Shown here piece after piece: positions 37,789 to 48,545 of a stretch of 64,000 bases of DNA (positions within the stretch are counted from its first letter, which is position 1; every line of letters starts with the position of its first letter). The position numbers and the translations under genes are program-made. This DNA comes from an uncultured delta proteobacterium (GTDB lineage Bacteria > Desulfobacterota > Binatia > Binatales > Binataceae). The notes under the pieces were generated by a model. It was not told where the DNA came from. It saw nothing but the letters and a program-made list of their open reading frames with translations, and did not search any database. The stretch is from the NCBI GenBank assembly GCA_963765675.1, contig CAVXXK010000001.1, positions 800,001 to 864,000 on the forward strand, in the 5' to 3' direction.

Positions 37789-38925
37789 TCAGGGTCCGTA
37801 AATCAGAAACGGGACGCCAAGGTTGCGATATACGCCAATATACTTGCCGTCGGGAAGACTGTAGGTCTCGAGCTGGCTCTGGATTATCGCGAGCGCCTCG
37901 AGGATCGGCTTGGGTCCCGCGCTTGCGCGAATCGAGTAGGCTTCGGTTTTGAGCGCAATTCGTGCGACGCGGATTTTCTTGGCCGCATCGAAAACCCAGA
38001 CTTCCTTGCCGGTCTGCTTGTGAGTCCATTCGCCGCCCTGATGCATCAGCAGATAGACAGTTCCATCAGTGGTGGCCGAGATTGTCTGCCATCCGCCGGG
38101 CCGCCACTTGGCTTTGTTATCTTCATCGGAAAGCGCGGACCATCCGGGTTCGGCAACCGCTTCGTCGCCGGAGAGATCAACCTTGTAGATCATGCCGTGG
38201 TAGGAATCGAAGTACGCGGTCGTCCCGGTGATCGCGGGTTGATCGAAGACCGGATCTTTCGAAGGATCGAAAAATGGCTTCGATTGTTTACGGCTCTTGA
38301 GCTTGCCTGTGTCGTCGAGATTGACGGTCAGGATCGATCCGTCCGCGCACATCGAGGAAAATTTGCGCGCGCCGGAAACCAGCACTTGCACGCATCCGGG
38401 CGTCTCGATCTCGCCGACGAACTTTTGCGACTTCAAATCGACCACGCTGACCGATGTCGCCGGCGTCATATTTGCGACCAGCATGAAACGTCCGTCGGTG
38501 GTCACGGCAGCGGAGTTGTTCTTTGGAACGATCAGCAGGCGTTTGGGCGGAATTTTAACTTCGCTTTTAAATTCGAGCGTGTGCGCGTCAAAGATCTCGA
38601 CCGCATCGGTGCGCGTGCCGTGCCAGGCGCGGGAATAAAACGTCCCGACCATGTAGAACTCGCTCGCGTCGGGCGCCGCGACAAAGCTCGCCAGGTAGCC
38701 ACCGTTCAGTTGGCCAAGCATCTTCTGAGCGTCGGTATCGAGGATATAGACCTTGCTGACCTGGGGAACCGAACTCGGGCTGTCGAAAATATAGGCCCAG
38801 TGAGGGGCCGGCGCGTCGAGCTTGTACGAGGTCATCTGGTCGGGCGGTAGCTGCGCGCGCGCGGAAGTCGACGCGACGACCAGCGCAAACAGTGCTGCAA
38901 CAACGATTGCGATACGGCTCTGCAT
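37789..38925 (-). CDS. mauB: Methylamine/aralkylamine dehydrogenase heavy chain
   Basis: Signal peptide, FYSRAWHGTRTD, NMTPATSVSVVD, WRPGGWQ, VYLLMH. Confidence 0.9.
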   Translation of the reverse strand: MQSRIAIVVAALFALVVASTSARAQLPPDQMTSYKLDAPAPHWAYIFDSPSSVPQVSKVYILDTDAQKMLGQLNGGYLASFVAAPDASEFYMVGTFYSRAWHGTRTDAVEIFDAHTLEFKSEVKIPPKRLLIVPKNNSAAVTTDGRFMLVANMTPATSVSVVDLKSQKFVGEIETPGCVQVLVSGARKFSSMCADGSILTVNLDDTGKLKSRKQSKPFFDPSKDPVFDQPAITGTTAYFDSYHGMIYKVDLSGDEAVAEPGWSALSDEDNKAKWRPGGWQTISATTDGTVYLLMHQGGEWTHKQTGKEVWVFDAAKKIRVARIALKTEAYSIRASAGPKPILEALAIIQSQLETYSLPDGKYIGVYRNLGVPFLIYGP

Positions 38926-39027
38926 CGGCCCTCGAATCAAGCCTGATTAGTACAGCCCATCCGGTTTCGTCAACCCTGACTATTTTCTTTTTGTCTGATT
39001 CCTCCCCTGTTCTTCCACGGGGGAGGA

Positions 39028-39468
39028 TTAAAGGAGGGGGTGCAGCTTTTTTCGCGCGGGCTTGGCCTTGACCGACGCAGGCACCGTGCGCGGGCGGGCG
39101 GCAGCGAGACGTTTTGGCGCCGACATCAGGTAGCCGTCGTTCAGGATCGCCGCCAACTCGTCCCAGCGGACTTTCACGTCGAGGCGCACGCCAACCCATC
39201 CTTTGGGCCCGACATAGGGCGGCTTGAAAAATCGCTTGGGATCGGAGCCAACCAGGATCTCCTGCACCATCGCAGGTGCTTTGATCCACACGGCGACGTG
39301 TCCGCTGTTGTGATGATTGTTGTCCGTCATCGCGAACATCTTGCCGCCAACTCTGAAGGTGCATTCGCCCCACGCTTCCTTCTCAGTCGCCTCGGGAAGC
39401 GCGAGGCAGATCTCGCGCAAACGCTTTATCGCAGGATTGGAATCGTCGTATTTGCGAGGATGCGCCAT
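39028..39468 (-). CDS. MmcQ/YjbR family protein
   Basis: CLALPEATE, FRVGGKMFA, PPYVGPKGWVG. Confidence 0.88.
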   Translation of the reverse strand: MAHPRKYDDSNPAIKRLREICLALPEATEKEAWGECTFRVGGKMFAMTDNNHHNSGHVAVWIKAPAMVQEILVGSDPKRFFKPPYVGPKGWVGVRLDVKVRWDELAAILNDGYLMSAPKRLAAARPRTVPASVKAKPARKKLHPLL

Positions 39469-39485
39469 CTGTCACGCCTGCGCGA

Positions 39486-39962
39486 TCACGCCTGTTTGCT
39501 CATCGCGGCCATCCGCTTTTTCATCTCGTCGGGCGAGACGTCTTCGATATGGCTCGAGATATCCCATGCATGGCCGGATGGATCCTTCACCTGCGCGTTG
39601 CGGTCGCCATAGAACTGGTTAGCAGGCTCTCTCAGCGAGGTAGCGCCGGCAGCGAGCGCCGCTTTGTAAACCGCGTCACAATCTTCGACATAAATATGAA
39701 TCGCGACCGGAGAGCGGCCCGTGCCGAGCGCGATCGGGCTTAAGAATCCCATATCGGGAAATTCATCGGAAAGCATTATTCCGGCCCCGCCGATCGCGAG
39801 ATCCGCGTGGCCGATCCGGCCGTCGGGCATATCCAGACGCACGGTCTCGGTCGCGCCAAAGACTTTCTTGTAGAAATCGATCATCCGGCGAGCGTCGCGC
39901 ACTATGAGATAGGGCGTGATGCTGCGCGCCGGGTTGGGAATGGAATTTACCTTCGATGCCAT
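39486..39962 (-). CDS. VOC/glyoxalase (PhnB-like) protein
   Basis: ITPYLIV, IDFYKKVFGA, QFYGDR, DPSGH. Confidence 0.9.
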   Translation of the reverse strand: MASKVNSIPNPARSITPYLIVRDARRMIDFYKKVFGATETVRLDMPDGRIGHADLAIGGAGIMLSDEFPDMGFLSPIALGTGRSPVAIHIYVEDCDAVYKAALAAGATSLREPANQFYGDRNAQVKDPSGHAWDISSHIEDVSPDEMKKRMAAMSKQA

Positions 39963-40135
39963 CGGAGATCTCCTCGGCTTGGACTTGAGCATCACCCGCG
40001 CGATCGCTGCCACTGTCGTTTACATTGCCGCTATTACGTAAACCTTCGTAACGCAAGAAAGTTACGGGGCGCGCCGCAAATCGCAGCGCGCCCGATACGC
40101 AACAGATTCTCTTGCGTTCAACTCATACCGTTGCT

Positions 40136-41149
40136 TCAGCTCGGCTTTGGATGCGGCGTCCCCAGGTACGGGAATACCTTGAGCACATCGGTGTGCGGCT
40201 TGAGGCCGTCGGGAGGGCATTCGCCTTTGGTGAGGAAGGCGAGGCGATGATCGATGACGTCGTCGGTGAAAACGCGGCCATTGGGATACTTCGCGGGCTT
40301 CGACGGATTGAAGCAAAGCATGTCGGGCAGAAGGCGGTCGGCGTCGATCGCGGCAATAGCTTCTTCGCGCGTGTAGTTGCCGGTATGCCCCATCAGGTGG
40401 ACGAACTGATCGGTCCAGCGCTTGCGATCATTAACCGGCTCGCTGGCGTTGTATTCCAGTTTAGTCTCGTCAGTGTTGAAGAAGCTGCTCACGCTCGGGT
40501 GACCGGCCCGATCGACATGAAGGAGATTGCCGTCTTTGCGCACGCTGCATCGCCCCCAGATGCGGATTTCGGGCTTGGCGCCCAGCTCACTGGTCGGCAG
40601 CTCGATCACCGTCGAAAACACATTGGCTTGCGTATTCGAATCCACGCCGGTCCACGGAGACTTGCCGCCCAGGTGAGGTGCGGTAAAGTTTCTGCCGCCC
40701 TTGGTGTCGAACAGGGCTTTGATTCCGTCGAAATCGAAAAAGAAAGCGTCGCTGCGAGCACCAGCGAAGAACGTGTAGGCGCCGGCCTTCACGATGTTGG
40801 GTTTGGCGCCGAAGGAAACCTCGGCGTCGGCGATGATCTTCGTCCCGACCGCTTCGACCGAGCGCGATTCCGCGCCTTTTGCCACAAAGACGTTCACGGT
40901 CTGCTTACCGTTTCGCGGCGGCGAGAAGACATAGCTGATCGCGATGTCCGCCAGACAATCTCCATCGTTGTCGATGTTGAGGCGGTAGATGGCGTCGGGA
41001 TGGAGCGCGTCGGCAGTGGGATTTGCATTGAGGATGATCACGGTCCGCGCTGGGTCCGCGGGCGACTGGAACGCGTAGAGGTCGCAGAGGTCAAGACGTT
41101 GGTCGCCAAGCGGAGGGCCGAGGTTCAAGCCGGTAAAATGATTCGACAT
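40136..41149 (-). CDS. DUF4331 family protein
   Basis: MSNHF, LDLCDLYAF, AGARSDAFFFD, DRAGHP, NGR..TDDV, FPYL. Confidence 0.82.
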   Translation of the reverse strand: MSNHFTGLNLGPPLGDQRLDLCDLYAFQSPADPARTVIILNANPTADALHPDAIYRLNIDNDGDCLADIAISYVFSPPRNGKQTVNVFVAKGAESRSVEAVGTKIIADAEVSFGAKPNIVKAGAYTFFAGARSDAFFFDFDGIKALFDTKGGRNFTAPHLGGKSPWTGVDSNTQANVFSTVIELPTSELGAKPEIRIWGRCSVRKDGNLLHVDRAGHPSVSSFFNTDETKLEYNASEPVNDRKRWTDQFVHLMGHTGNYTREEAIAAIDADRLLPDMLCFNPSKPAKYPNGRVFTDDVIDHRLAFLTKGECPPDGLKPHTDVLKVFPYLGTPHPKPS

Positions 41150-41174
41150 TTGAATCTCCTTTTCCTGTTCGAGA

Positions 41175-41666
41175 CTATTGGTACCGCAAGAGCGGCGGAG
41201 CCAAGAGAGCGATCTTCCACGGATGCGCCGCGTACTGATTATGACGTCGGATTTCGATCTTTCTCAAGGACAATCCCGACCGGTTTGCGCTTCCCGCGAT
41301 GACGAAAAAATAGCGGACGGCCGCGCAATCTGACCGAGTCCGGAGCGCTGCAAGTACGGCGGCTGCACCGGGCATCGCGCGGATGGATTCAGGGTTTGTC
41401 AGTGCGGCGGCTTCGAGAAGCTCGACCAGACGGCGCTTTAACAAATCTGTCTCGGCCGCGGTAATGTCGCGCCCGAATGCTGCCTTACAATGTTGCGAGG
41501 CCATTCCGAGATCCGTGTAGTGCTCCACCTGTTCAAGCCATTGGGAATGCTCGTTTGGCAGGCTCAGAACTTCCCGCGTGGCGCGCCAGAAACCTTCGGC
41601 GCCCACCGCATTGGTGTCGGTCAATGTTCCGTCAACGTCGAACACCACCAGATGCTTGCCGCTCAT
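41175..41666 (-). pseudogene. HAD-family hydrolase, apparently truncated at the C-terminus
   Basis: VVFDVDGTL motif I and MPGA; no motif III/IV after ~41320; ATG overlaps the upstream stop. Confidence 0.6.
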
Positions 41667-43489
41667 TTCCGCCTGACCCACGGCGCGAGTATATCTCCGG
41701 AACGCAGTGCCACCGCCATGATCGTACCAATCGGATGCGCCGGTACGATCGTCGGAATCAAAGAGGCATCGACCACCGCCACATTGCTCGTGCCGCGCAG
41801 GATCAGGGTCTTGGGATTGACGCCGCCGGGACCGGTGCTCAGCGGCGCCGTGCCGCCGAAGTGGTTGATTGTGAGCTTGTTGAAATAAATGTTATCAACC
41901 GGCGCCGGTCCGTAACATACTTTTGTACATCGGCGATGCTGTTCGGGTTCAAGTTTGGATGACTCAGTCCGCCCGGACCAAATACTATTTCCAGACCTGG
42001 ATCCTGCGCAAACAGTTGAATCATATTGTAGACCGCTTGCGCCATCAAAGCCTTGTCGGCGTTTCCGGCAGGCGTGTTCGGCAAATATATATTTGGATAG
42101 TTGACATTGCCCGCGGTATCCAGCGTTATCATCCCGCGCGCCTGCGGATTGAGCAACATCAAAAATGCCGACATGCTATTCGAAGAATAGTAAGGTCCGC
42201 CCGGAGTTCCCGCCCCGTTGGGGTTGAGAAAAATCTCGACGTTGGGGATCGCGCCTCCGCCTAATGCATAGTTCAAAATCGTCACTGGCTGATACTGCGC
42301 GTATGGTCCGCTGCCATTGCCGAGATATGTATCCAGGTCGGCGGCGTTGCCGCTGTAGTTGCCATAGTTGTAGGCCTGATACGGCACTGAGCCGGTGTAG
42401 TTGTACGTGATCATCGTCATCACGTGGTCAAACACGCCAACCCCGATCAGCGGATTATCGATCATGAACGGAGGTCGCGACTGCCCCGGAAAAATCTCGT
42501 GCTCGAGTCCTCTTGGACCAATTCCACTCAATAGCAGCAGCCGCGGCGTGACCAGCGCTCCCGCCGCCATCACCAGCAGTCCGCCAGGCGTCAGCCGCGC
42601 TATTCCAGGACTGCCGGGCTGCGTCTGATCCAGGCTCTCGCGCTTCGAGTAATGCACGGCGAGGGCAGTGCCTGCGTCATCGAACTCGATTCGCTCAGCC
42701 TTCGAGAACAGCAGCATCTCGAGGCCGGCGATTGGTACGCCGCCCGGATCCACCTCCGCGAAATATCCGCTGATCGGACCGGCGCGCCGGCCCTCGGTAA
42801 CGGCCAAATAGGGAGCACTATAGATACCGGTCCCGGCGAACGGCTGGCTGGTGTCGCCGTCGATCCATCCTTCACCCGCATAGAGCGGGTTTACTATCCG
42901 CGCGGGGCCGGTGTTGTACCCAAGGCCATCGGTGGAAGGAGTATTGGTCACTGGGACATTCGCACGTACGCCGGCGAAATAGGGTTGCATGTCCGTCCAC
43001 TGCCAAGGCGCGGGCCAGCTCTGATCGAACACCTCGGCCGGGTTGGTCTGAAACAGCATCCCGTTTGAACTGTGAATTTCCACCGAGTCCGATACCCTGA
43101 TAGGTAAACATGGTCTCGGTGAGCTGATATGGCTTCCCCAACTCCATCCAGGCCATTTGCGAATACTCACCCGGCACGTCGAAGATAGTCAGATCCGTAC
43201 GGCCGGGAGGAAGCCACGGCGGATATGCGGTTCCTCCGATCGCGGCGGCGGTCGGACCGCCCGCTTCAATGATCAAAATACGCTTATGCCCACGCATCGC
43301 TGCGAGCAATCGGGCCGCGACGATCGTTCCCGCGCTTCCGCCCCCCACGATTATTACATCGTATTCGCCTTTAGATTGAGTAATCGAGCTCGACCCGCCG
43401 CCGCACGCGGTGAGCACTCCAAGTTGCGAACCGATAGCAAGTGTCAAAGCGGCTTGACGCAGAAACTCACGACGGTCGATGACTGACAT
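41663..43489 (-). CDS. Tat-exported GMC flavin oxidoreductase similar to the cellobiose dehydrogenase flavin domain; frameshifts at ~43065 and ~41910
   Basis: DRREFL plus LTAC lipobox, GGGSAG, LTIFDVPG, GLGGNS.FNG, TPRLLLLSGIGP, NHFGGT, VVDAS, AHP. Confidence 0.82.
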
Positions 43490-43556
43490 ATTCGCTGGAT
43501 TGTAGGCTTTCAAAAACAGAAGTCAATCGAGACTGCGAATCGAGCCAAATAGTCAT

Positions 43557-44310
43557 TCACTGCGGAACATTCGTGAAGTCCGCGTGCCAGGTCATTGTGC
43601 TCCACGGACGATTGTTCCACTGCGCGTACACGCTCGCCTCGACGTGCATCACGCCGCCCTCGATCCGGCAGGTCATGTTGGTCAGCTCATCGACCGAGCC
43701 GCGTCCCGCGAACATCCCGAACAGGCTTCCGGCCGGTTCATCGAAATGCAGCAATGCGCGCATCTGCGCGGTCGTGCGCCCGTCGGTCGAGATCACTTTC
43801 ATGATCGCTTTCACGTTGGTGAGGTCGCGATTTCGTCCTGCAAGTCCGGCCTCGCTCAGGGTGAGCCTGAAAGGTCCGCTACCGGTTTGCTCGTAACAGA
43901 TGCGATAGGTCTTCGGAATCCACTTCGAAACTCCGGGACCGCCCAGCATCCGGATCGAGTCCAGCCGCGGAACCACGCCGCTCCAGCATCCCCGAAACTG
44001 CTTGGGCAGGGGAATCTCGAGCGTGCTCGCGCCCGGGCCCTGCCGCCCCGGCAAGGTCTGCGGACCAGCCGGCGGCGATTGCTGCTGGATCGACGGAATT
44101 GTCTCGGTCTGCGAGTTGTTCTTGGACGGCGGCGGCGATTGCGCCTGCGGAATCGGGATCTTCGAGCTCGCTACCGGCGCCTTGCTGCGAATTCTGGCCC
44201 GAATTTGGCAATAGGTTTTGCGGGTGAATGACAGGCGGTATCGGACCGGCGAGAATCGCAACCGCGACTATCGACCCGCAAACCACGCGGACCGCCGTCC
44301 GCCAATTGCG
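43557..44310 (-). CDS. Hypothetical exported Pro/Gln-rich protein, frameshifted at ~44162; start uncertain
   Basis: Hydrophobic leader (VVCGSIVAVAILAG) in one frame joins IPIPQAQ...LPKQFRGCWSG in the next. Confidence 0.55.
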
Positions 44311-44522
44311 CTCCAAGACCCACACCCGATCAAAATTAGCACGCCGCCCGCGCGATAGCGGCACACTTCGCGCCTCGATGCGCGCGGCGGTGGATCAAGC
44401 GGTTCCAGACCCGGTGATGTTGGATTTCCTTACGTGAACAATCCGGTTACCCGGTAACATACCGGTTAGATGGTTGACATTATTTCGAATGAGATATAAA
44501 TTTAGGCTCCGGAGGTTCGGGA

Positions 44523-45158
44523 ATGGGACGTCTTCAAGATGAACGCAGCGCAGAGACCCGCAAGCGCCTGCTCGACGCTACCGTCGAATGCCTGTTCGAG
44601 CGCGGTTACGCCGGCACCACCACCGCCGAGATCGCCGCCCGCGCCGGAGTTTCGAAGGGCGCCCAGATGCATCATTTCCCAACCAAGCACGACTTGGTCG
44701 TGAGCGCGCTCGAATATCTGTTCGAGCTGCGATTGGCGGCTTCGACCGATCCTGAAGCGATTCGGAAGCTGCCGACGGAGCGAATCGCGAGGCTCGGGGC
44801 GATCATCGAGATGCTCATTCCTGTTTATCAGGGAAAGGTTTTCTACGCGTGGCTCGAACTGGCGGTCGCAAGCCGCACCGATGTCGCGCTGCGCGATGCC
44901 GTGCGGCGCCTGAGCGAGAGCTTTTCGAACAAGATCGCGGGGGTCTGGAAAGACCTTTTCGGGTCACCCGGAGACGATCCCGCTCAGTTTCGGGCGCTCG
45001 ACCGCCTGGTCAACGGACAGTTCGCAGCGACCGCACTGGGTCTAATCCTGCTTGGCGACCAGGCGGGCGCCGCTGAAATCGAGGAAAACGCAAAGCTTCT
45101 GAATGAAGTCGGAGCGTTTCTGCTCCATCGCAAACATTCGAGAAGGAGTACGCCATGA
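44523..45158 (+). CDS. TetR/AcrR family regulator
   Basis: TRKRLLDATVECLFERGYAGTTTAEIAARAGVSKGAQMHHFPTK. Confidence 0.93.
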   Translation: MGRLQDERSAETRKRLLDATVECLFERGYAGTTTAEIAARAGVSKGAQMHHFPTKHDLVVSALEYLFELRLAASTDPEAIRKLPTERIARLGAIIEMLIPVYQGKVFYAWLELAVASRTDVALRDAVRRLSESFSNKIAGVWKDLFGSPGDDPAQFRALDRLVNGQFAATALGLILLGDQAGAAEIEENAKLLNEVGAFLLHRKHSRRSTP

Positions 45159-46420
45159 AAACGATCATTCTGGCGGTTTCACTGGTATGGCTGATTGGAA
45201 CGGCCGGGACTGCGCGCGCCGGCTTGATAGTGCGGCTGCCCTCGGCCAGCGGCGCGGCACCGATGCCGCCCCCGGTCGGCACCGTGATCGATCGAAACAA
45301 CGCAAAGCAGTACGCCCCCCTTATCCCGGGCGCTCTGACGTTTGCGATCCGCCATGGACTTGAGGTGCGCGTGATTCCCACCGCACGTATCGATTGGCCC
45401 TCGCAGTATCACGAGCAGACCGAAAAGTACTCGTCTCAGGTCACGCTTGACGCTGGTGATACAGTTCACAACTACGTCGCCGGACTTCCATTTCCGATAG
45501 TCAGTTCGAGCGATCCGCAAGCGGGGGTGAAGATTGCCTATGACTGGCGCTGGGGTCCGTTTGTTCCCGCGCAAGTCTCGCTGGTCACGGACCAGAAAAC
45601 CCGCGCATGGACAATAGATTCCGGAAATCCAACCCTCTTACGCGCCGATGACGGGCGCCGCGATTTCCGCAATGAAAACGAATGCGATCAGATTACCTTT
45701 CTGCATTCATCGCGCGCTCCGAATACTTCTGAGAATGATCCAGTGGACTTTGAAGAGCGCGGTGATCATTGTGGACCCGAGAATGCCGCCATGATTGGAA
45801 CTGAATTCCTCGATCCAACTCGAGGAGACGAGGTCTGGTTTTACATCCCCAGCTTTCGCAAATGGCGGCGGATGGAAAATTCGGGCGGCTATCCGAATCA
45901 GTCGTGCACTTATTCCTGCGTCCAGTTCGGCTTGGAGTACGCGCCGCCGAAAACCGAGCTCTACACGTTCCGCCTGCTAGGAGAGCAACCGATTCTCGCG
46001 TGTCTGAACGCAAGCGTACCGGGCGCCGGAATCGAAGCCTCGCGCGGCTCCGGAAGGTTCAGCATGCTGGATTGCGAGGTCCGAAGCGCCTACGTGCTCG
46101 ATATGCGCCCGCGCGATCCGACTTCCGATGTGCTGATGCCCGCGAAGGTGCTCGTCGATAGCGAGACTTATCTATATCTTGGGGCCGAATTCGCACGCGG
46201 CTCCGCTCCCGACTTCGATGTTCCAGTCTGGAGCCGCCGCAAAGACGACGACGCAAGCACTGTCATGTTCCTCGCGAACGACTTCTATACTCCAGGCGAC
46301 CAGACCGATCTGATCCTCTCATTAAACCTGTCGCCCAATAGCGAACAGATCGATCACGGCGACGCCGCTCCGGCTCTGTTCGATCCGAGGTCGGATATTG
46401 TCTCCGACGGGCGCATGTGA
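45155..46420 (+). CDS. DUF1329 family exported protein (divergent paralogue)
   Basis: Signal peptide, RIDWP..Y.EQTEKYSSQV, NYVAGLPFP, WFYIPSFRKWRR. Confidence 0.78.
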   Translation: MKTIILAVSLVWLIGTAGTARAGLIVRLPSASGAAPMPPPVGTVIDRNNAKQYAPLIPGALTFAIRHGLEVRVIPTARIDWPSQYHEQTEKYSSQVTLDAGDTVHNYVAGLPFPIVSSSDPQAGVKIAYDWRWGPFVPAQVSLVTDQKTRAWTIDSGNPTLLRADDGRRDFRNENECDQITFLHSSRAPNTSENDPVDFEERGDHCGPENAAMIGTEFLDPTRGDEVWFYIPSFRKWRRMENSGGYPNQSCTYSCVQFGLEYAPPKTELYTFRLLGEQPILACLNASVPGAGIEASRGSGRFSMLDCEVRSAYVLDMRPRDPTSDVLMPAKVLVDSETYLYLGAEFARGSAPDFDVPVWSRRKDDDASTVMFLANDFYTPGDQTDLILSLNLSPNSEQIDHGDAAPALFDPRSDIVSDGRM

Positions 46421-46438
46421 CGCCGCAGGCAGCGCGCT

Positions 46439-47983
46439 CTAGCTGCTCGCTTGGCCGCCTTCGGCTTCCTTCAGGGCCGCGATCATTTCGTCGGCCTCTT
46501 CGGGTTCGATCTCGCCGGCCTTGACCGCTCGCAGGATCTTCATGATGTCGCCCTGAAAGGCCGCCGGATCGAGCGGGCGCGTGTCGCTGGCATGCGTCGC
46601 TCCCGGCGCGGTTTCGGAATGCTGCGGCGGAGAATCTGGTGCAGCGGGAGAAGGCTGCTCAGCACTGGTGGACCGGCTCGAGGAATGGCGCGCCGCGCGC
46701 CTGGCTTCACGAATCGCGGCGCTCATCCTGCGGGCTGCGTCGTGGATCGAGTCGCGCATCTGGCGGCGCTGGTCGCGAGTTTGGCAGCATCCGGGCTGAG
46801 CCGAACGGCGCAGCTCTTCGCTGAGCTTGCGGCTGAATTCCTCGACAGCGTGCGCGACCTCTGCGGAGGCCTCGCCGCCGGCGTCACGCATCACGTCGCT
46901 GGAGAATTTTCCCCCGCGCGCGACGATACGTCCGGCGGCGCCGAGAATCGAGTTTACGAATCCGGGTATCTCGCCGCCGAATTCCGCGCTCAGGATATCG
47001 CCCAGCTCGTCGAATGCGCCGGGAAATCGCCTTCCTGATCGCCAGTAGTCGCTCTCACGTGCGCCCGCGCGGGCGATAATGATGTCGGCGTTGCGCGTCT
47101 CGAGATTAAGGAGCGTGCGCTGGTCCGCTGCACGCTCGACGCCGACCGAGCCGGTCACGCTGCTGCCACCCGCGCGATGGAGTCCGCCCTCGTCGATTCC
47201 GTAGAGCCTGATTCGACCCCATCCCGCAGACGCGGCCACGTTCAGCGAGGCGTCGGTGTCGAGTTCAACTTCGATTCGCCCGCCGCTCGACGCGTGCCAG
47301 ATCTTGCCGGCTGGAAACGGCCCGTGCAGGTCTACTGCGCCGCCAACGCGCCCCAGCTCCAGGTTTCCGCGCACGCCCGAGACCGAGCCATGTCCGCCGA
47401 CGCGGTCGATCGCGGTGTCGCCGGCGACGTTCTCGAGCCGCAGGCGGCCGCCCACACGCCGAATCGATACCGAGCCCGAGGAACCGCGCACGACCGCCTT
47501 TGCACCGACGGAATCGACCTCGATCGGTCCGGTCGCCTCGGCTTCGAGTTTGCCGCCGATCTGGCGCGTGCGTACAAACGCATGCGCGTGATCGATCGCG
47601 AGCGAGCCGCTCACCTGTTCGCACTCAAAGCCACCGGAGGTTTCGACGGTCGCGTTGCCGCCGATTCGCTCGCGAATCACGATAGCGCCGGTACGTCGCG
47701 TGCGTAGATTCCCGCCGACACGACCGAGCACGATTGGAGCGGCGACGTCTTCGATATCGAGATTGCCGTGGCAGTCCAGGATCTCGAGCGCGACTCCGGT
47801 CGGGATTCGCAGCTCGGCGTTCGAGCGCAGGGTGATTTCCGCGCGCGAGCCTTCGCGATTAACACGAGGCTCGACCGAGCACAGGATCGCCGCGGGCGGC
47901 TCGCTCGCGCGGGTCACGCGGAGATTTCCATGCGCGCTAATGATTCGCATCGATTCGACGCCATCCAGGTTAAGCTCGTTCAT
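46439..47983 (-). CDS. DUF4097-like beta-strand repeat protein with a C-terminal SHOCT-like motif
   Basis: Repeated VGG-x-L-x motifs; IMKILRAVKAGEIEPEEADEMIAAL. Confidence 0.72.
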   Translation of the reverse strand: MNELNLDGVESMRIISAHGNLRVTRASEPPAAILCSVEPRVNREGSRAEITLRSNAELRIPTGVALEILDCHGNLDIEDVAAPIVLGRVGGNLRTRRTGAIVIRERIGGNATVETSGGFECEQVSGSLAIDHAHAFVRTRQIGGKLEAEATGPIEVDSVGAKAVVRGSSGSVSIRRVGGRLRLENVAGDTAIDRVGGHGSVSGVRGNLELGRVGGAVDLHGPFPAGKIWHASSGGRIEVELDTDASLNVAASAGWGRIRLYGIDEGGLHRAGGSSVTGSVGVERAADQRTLLNLETRNADIIIARAGARESDYWRSGRRFPGAFDELGDILSAEFGGEIPGFVNSILGAAGRIVARGGKFSSDVMRDAGGEASAEVAHAVEEFSRKLSEELRRSAQPGCCQTRDQRRQMRDSIHDAARRMSAAIREARRAARHSSSRSTSAEQPSPAAPDSPPQHSETAPGATHASDTRPLDPAAFQGDIMKILRAVKAGEIEPEEADEMIAALKEAEGGQASS

Positions 47984-48022
47984 CGCCGCCTCCGTCTTTC
48001 AAAAAAAATTCGGAATAAACTT

Positions 48023-48442
48023 TCAATCGCGCGATTTGCGCGTTTGTCCTGATCCGGTGGCGCTGATCGCCGCCATCGCGTCTTCGGGCGAGATCTTTCC
48101 CGCCTTGAGATCGGCCAGGATCGCCCTTCGGCGCGTCGCCGGAGTTTCCGCTTCGTCGCCATCCGCTGACGGCGGCCGGACCTGGTAGCCAAGCGCCGCG
48201 ATCAGATCGTCCAGGCGCGCGCGCACGGTCGGGTACGAGACTCCGAGCTCGCGCTCGACGTCGCGAATCACGCCGCGGTTCTTGAGAAAGACCTCGGCGA
48301 AATCGAGCTGCGCCGGCGCAAGGCGCAGCAGCGCGGGCATCGCAAACTCTCCTTCGAGCGCGATATCACACTTCGGGCAATGGATCTTCGCGACAGTCAG
48401 GTCGCCTTGGCAGGATGGGCACTTGAGAATGATCGGCCGCAT
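48023..48442 (-). CDS. DUF2089 family protein (Zn ribbon + HTH + SHOCT-like)
   Basis: CPSC, CPKC, ELGVSYPTVRARLD, ILADLKAGKISPEDA. Confidence 0.9.
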   Translation of the reverse strand: MRPIILKCPSCQGDLTVAKIHCPKCDIALEGEFAMPALLRLAPAQLDFAEVFLKNRGVIRDVERELGVSYPTVRARLDDLIAALGYQVRPPSADGDEAETPATRRRAILADLKAGKISPEDAMAAISATGSGQTRKSRD

Positions 48443-48545
48443 GGAAAGAATATCGCCGAGCCGATTAATTGAGTCAAGTCAGAACTTAAGATTCTTAATA
48501 ATTATGTAAATCTAATGGCTACAGCCAGACAGAAACGATGAAATA

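Noticed and set aside
37216-38850. 544-aa plus-strand ORF
   Set aside because: Antisense shadow of mauA/mauB with no recognisable motifs; such ORFs are common in high-GC DNA
40112-41302. 396-aa plus-strand ORF
   Set aside because: Antisense to the DUF4331 gene, which has the family motifs and an RBS
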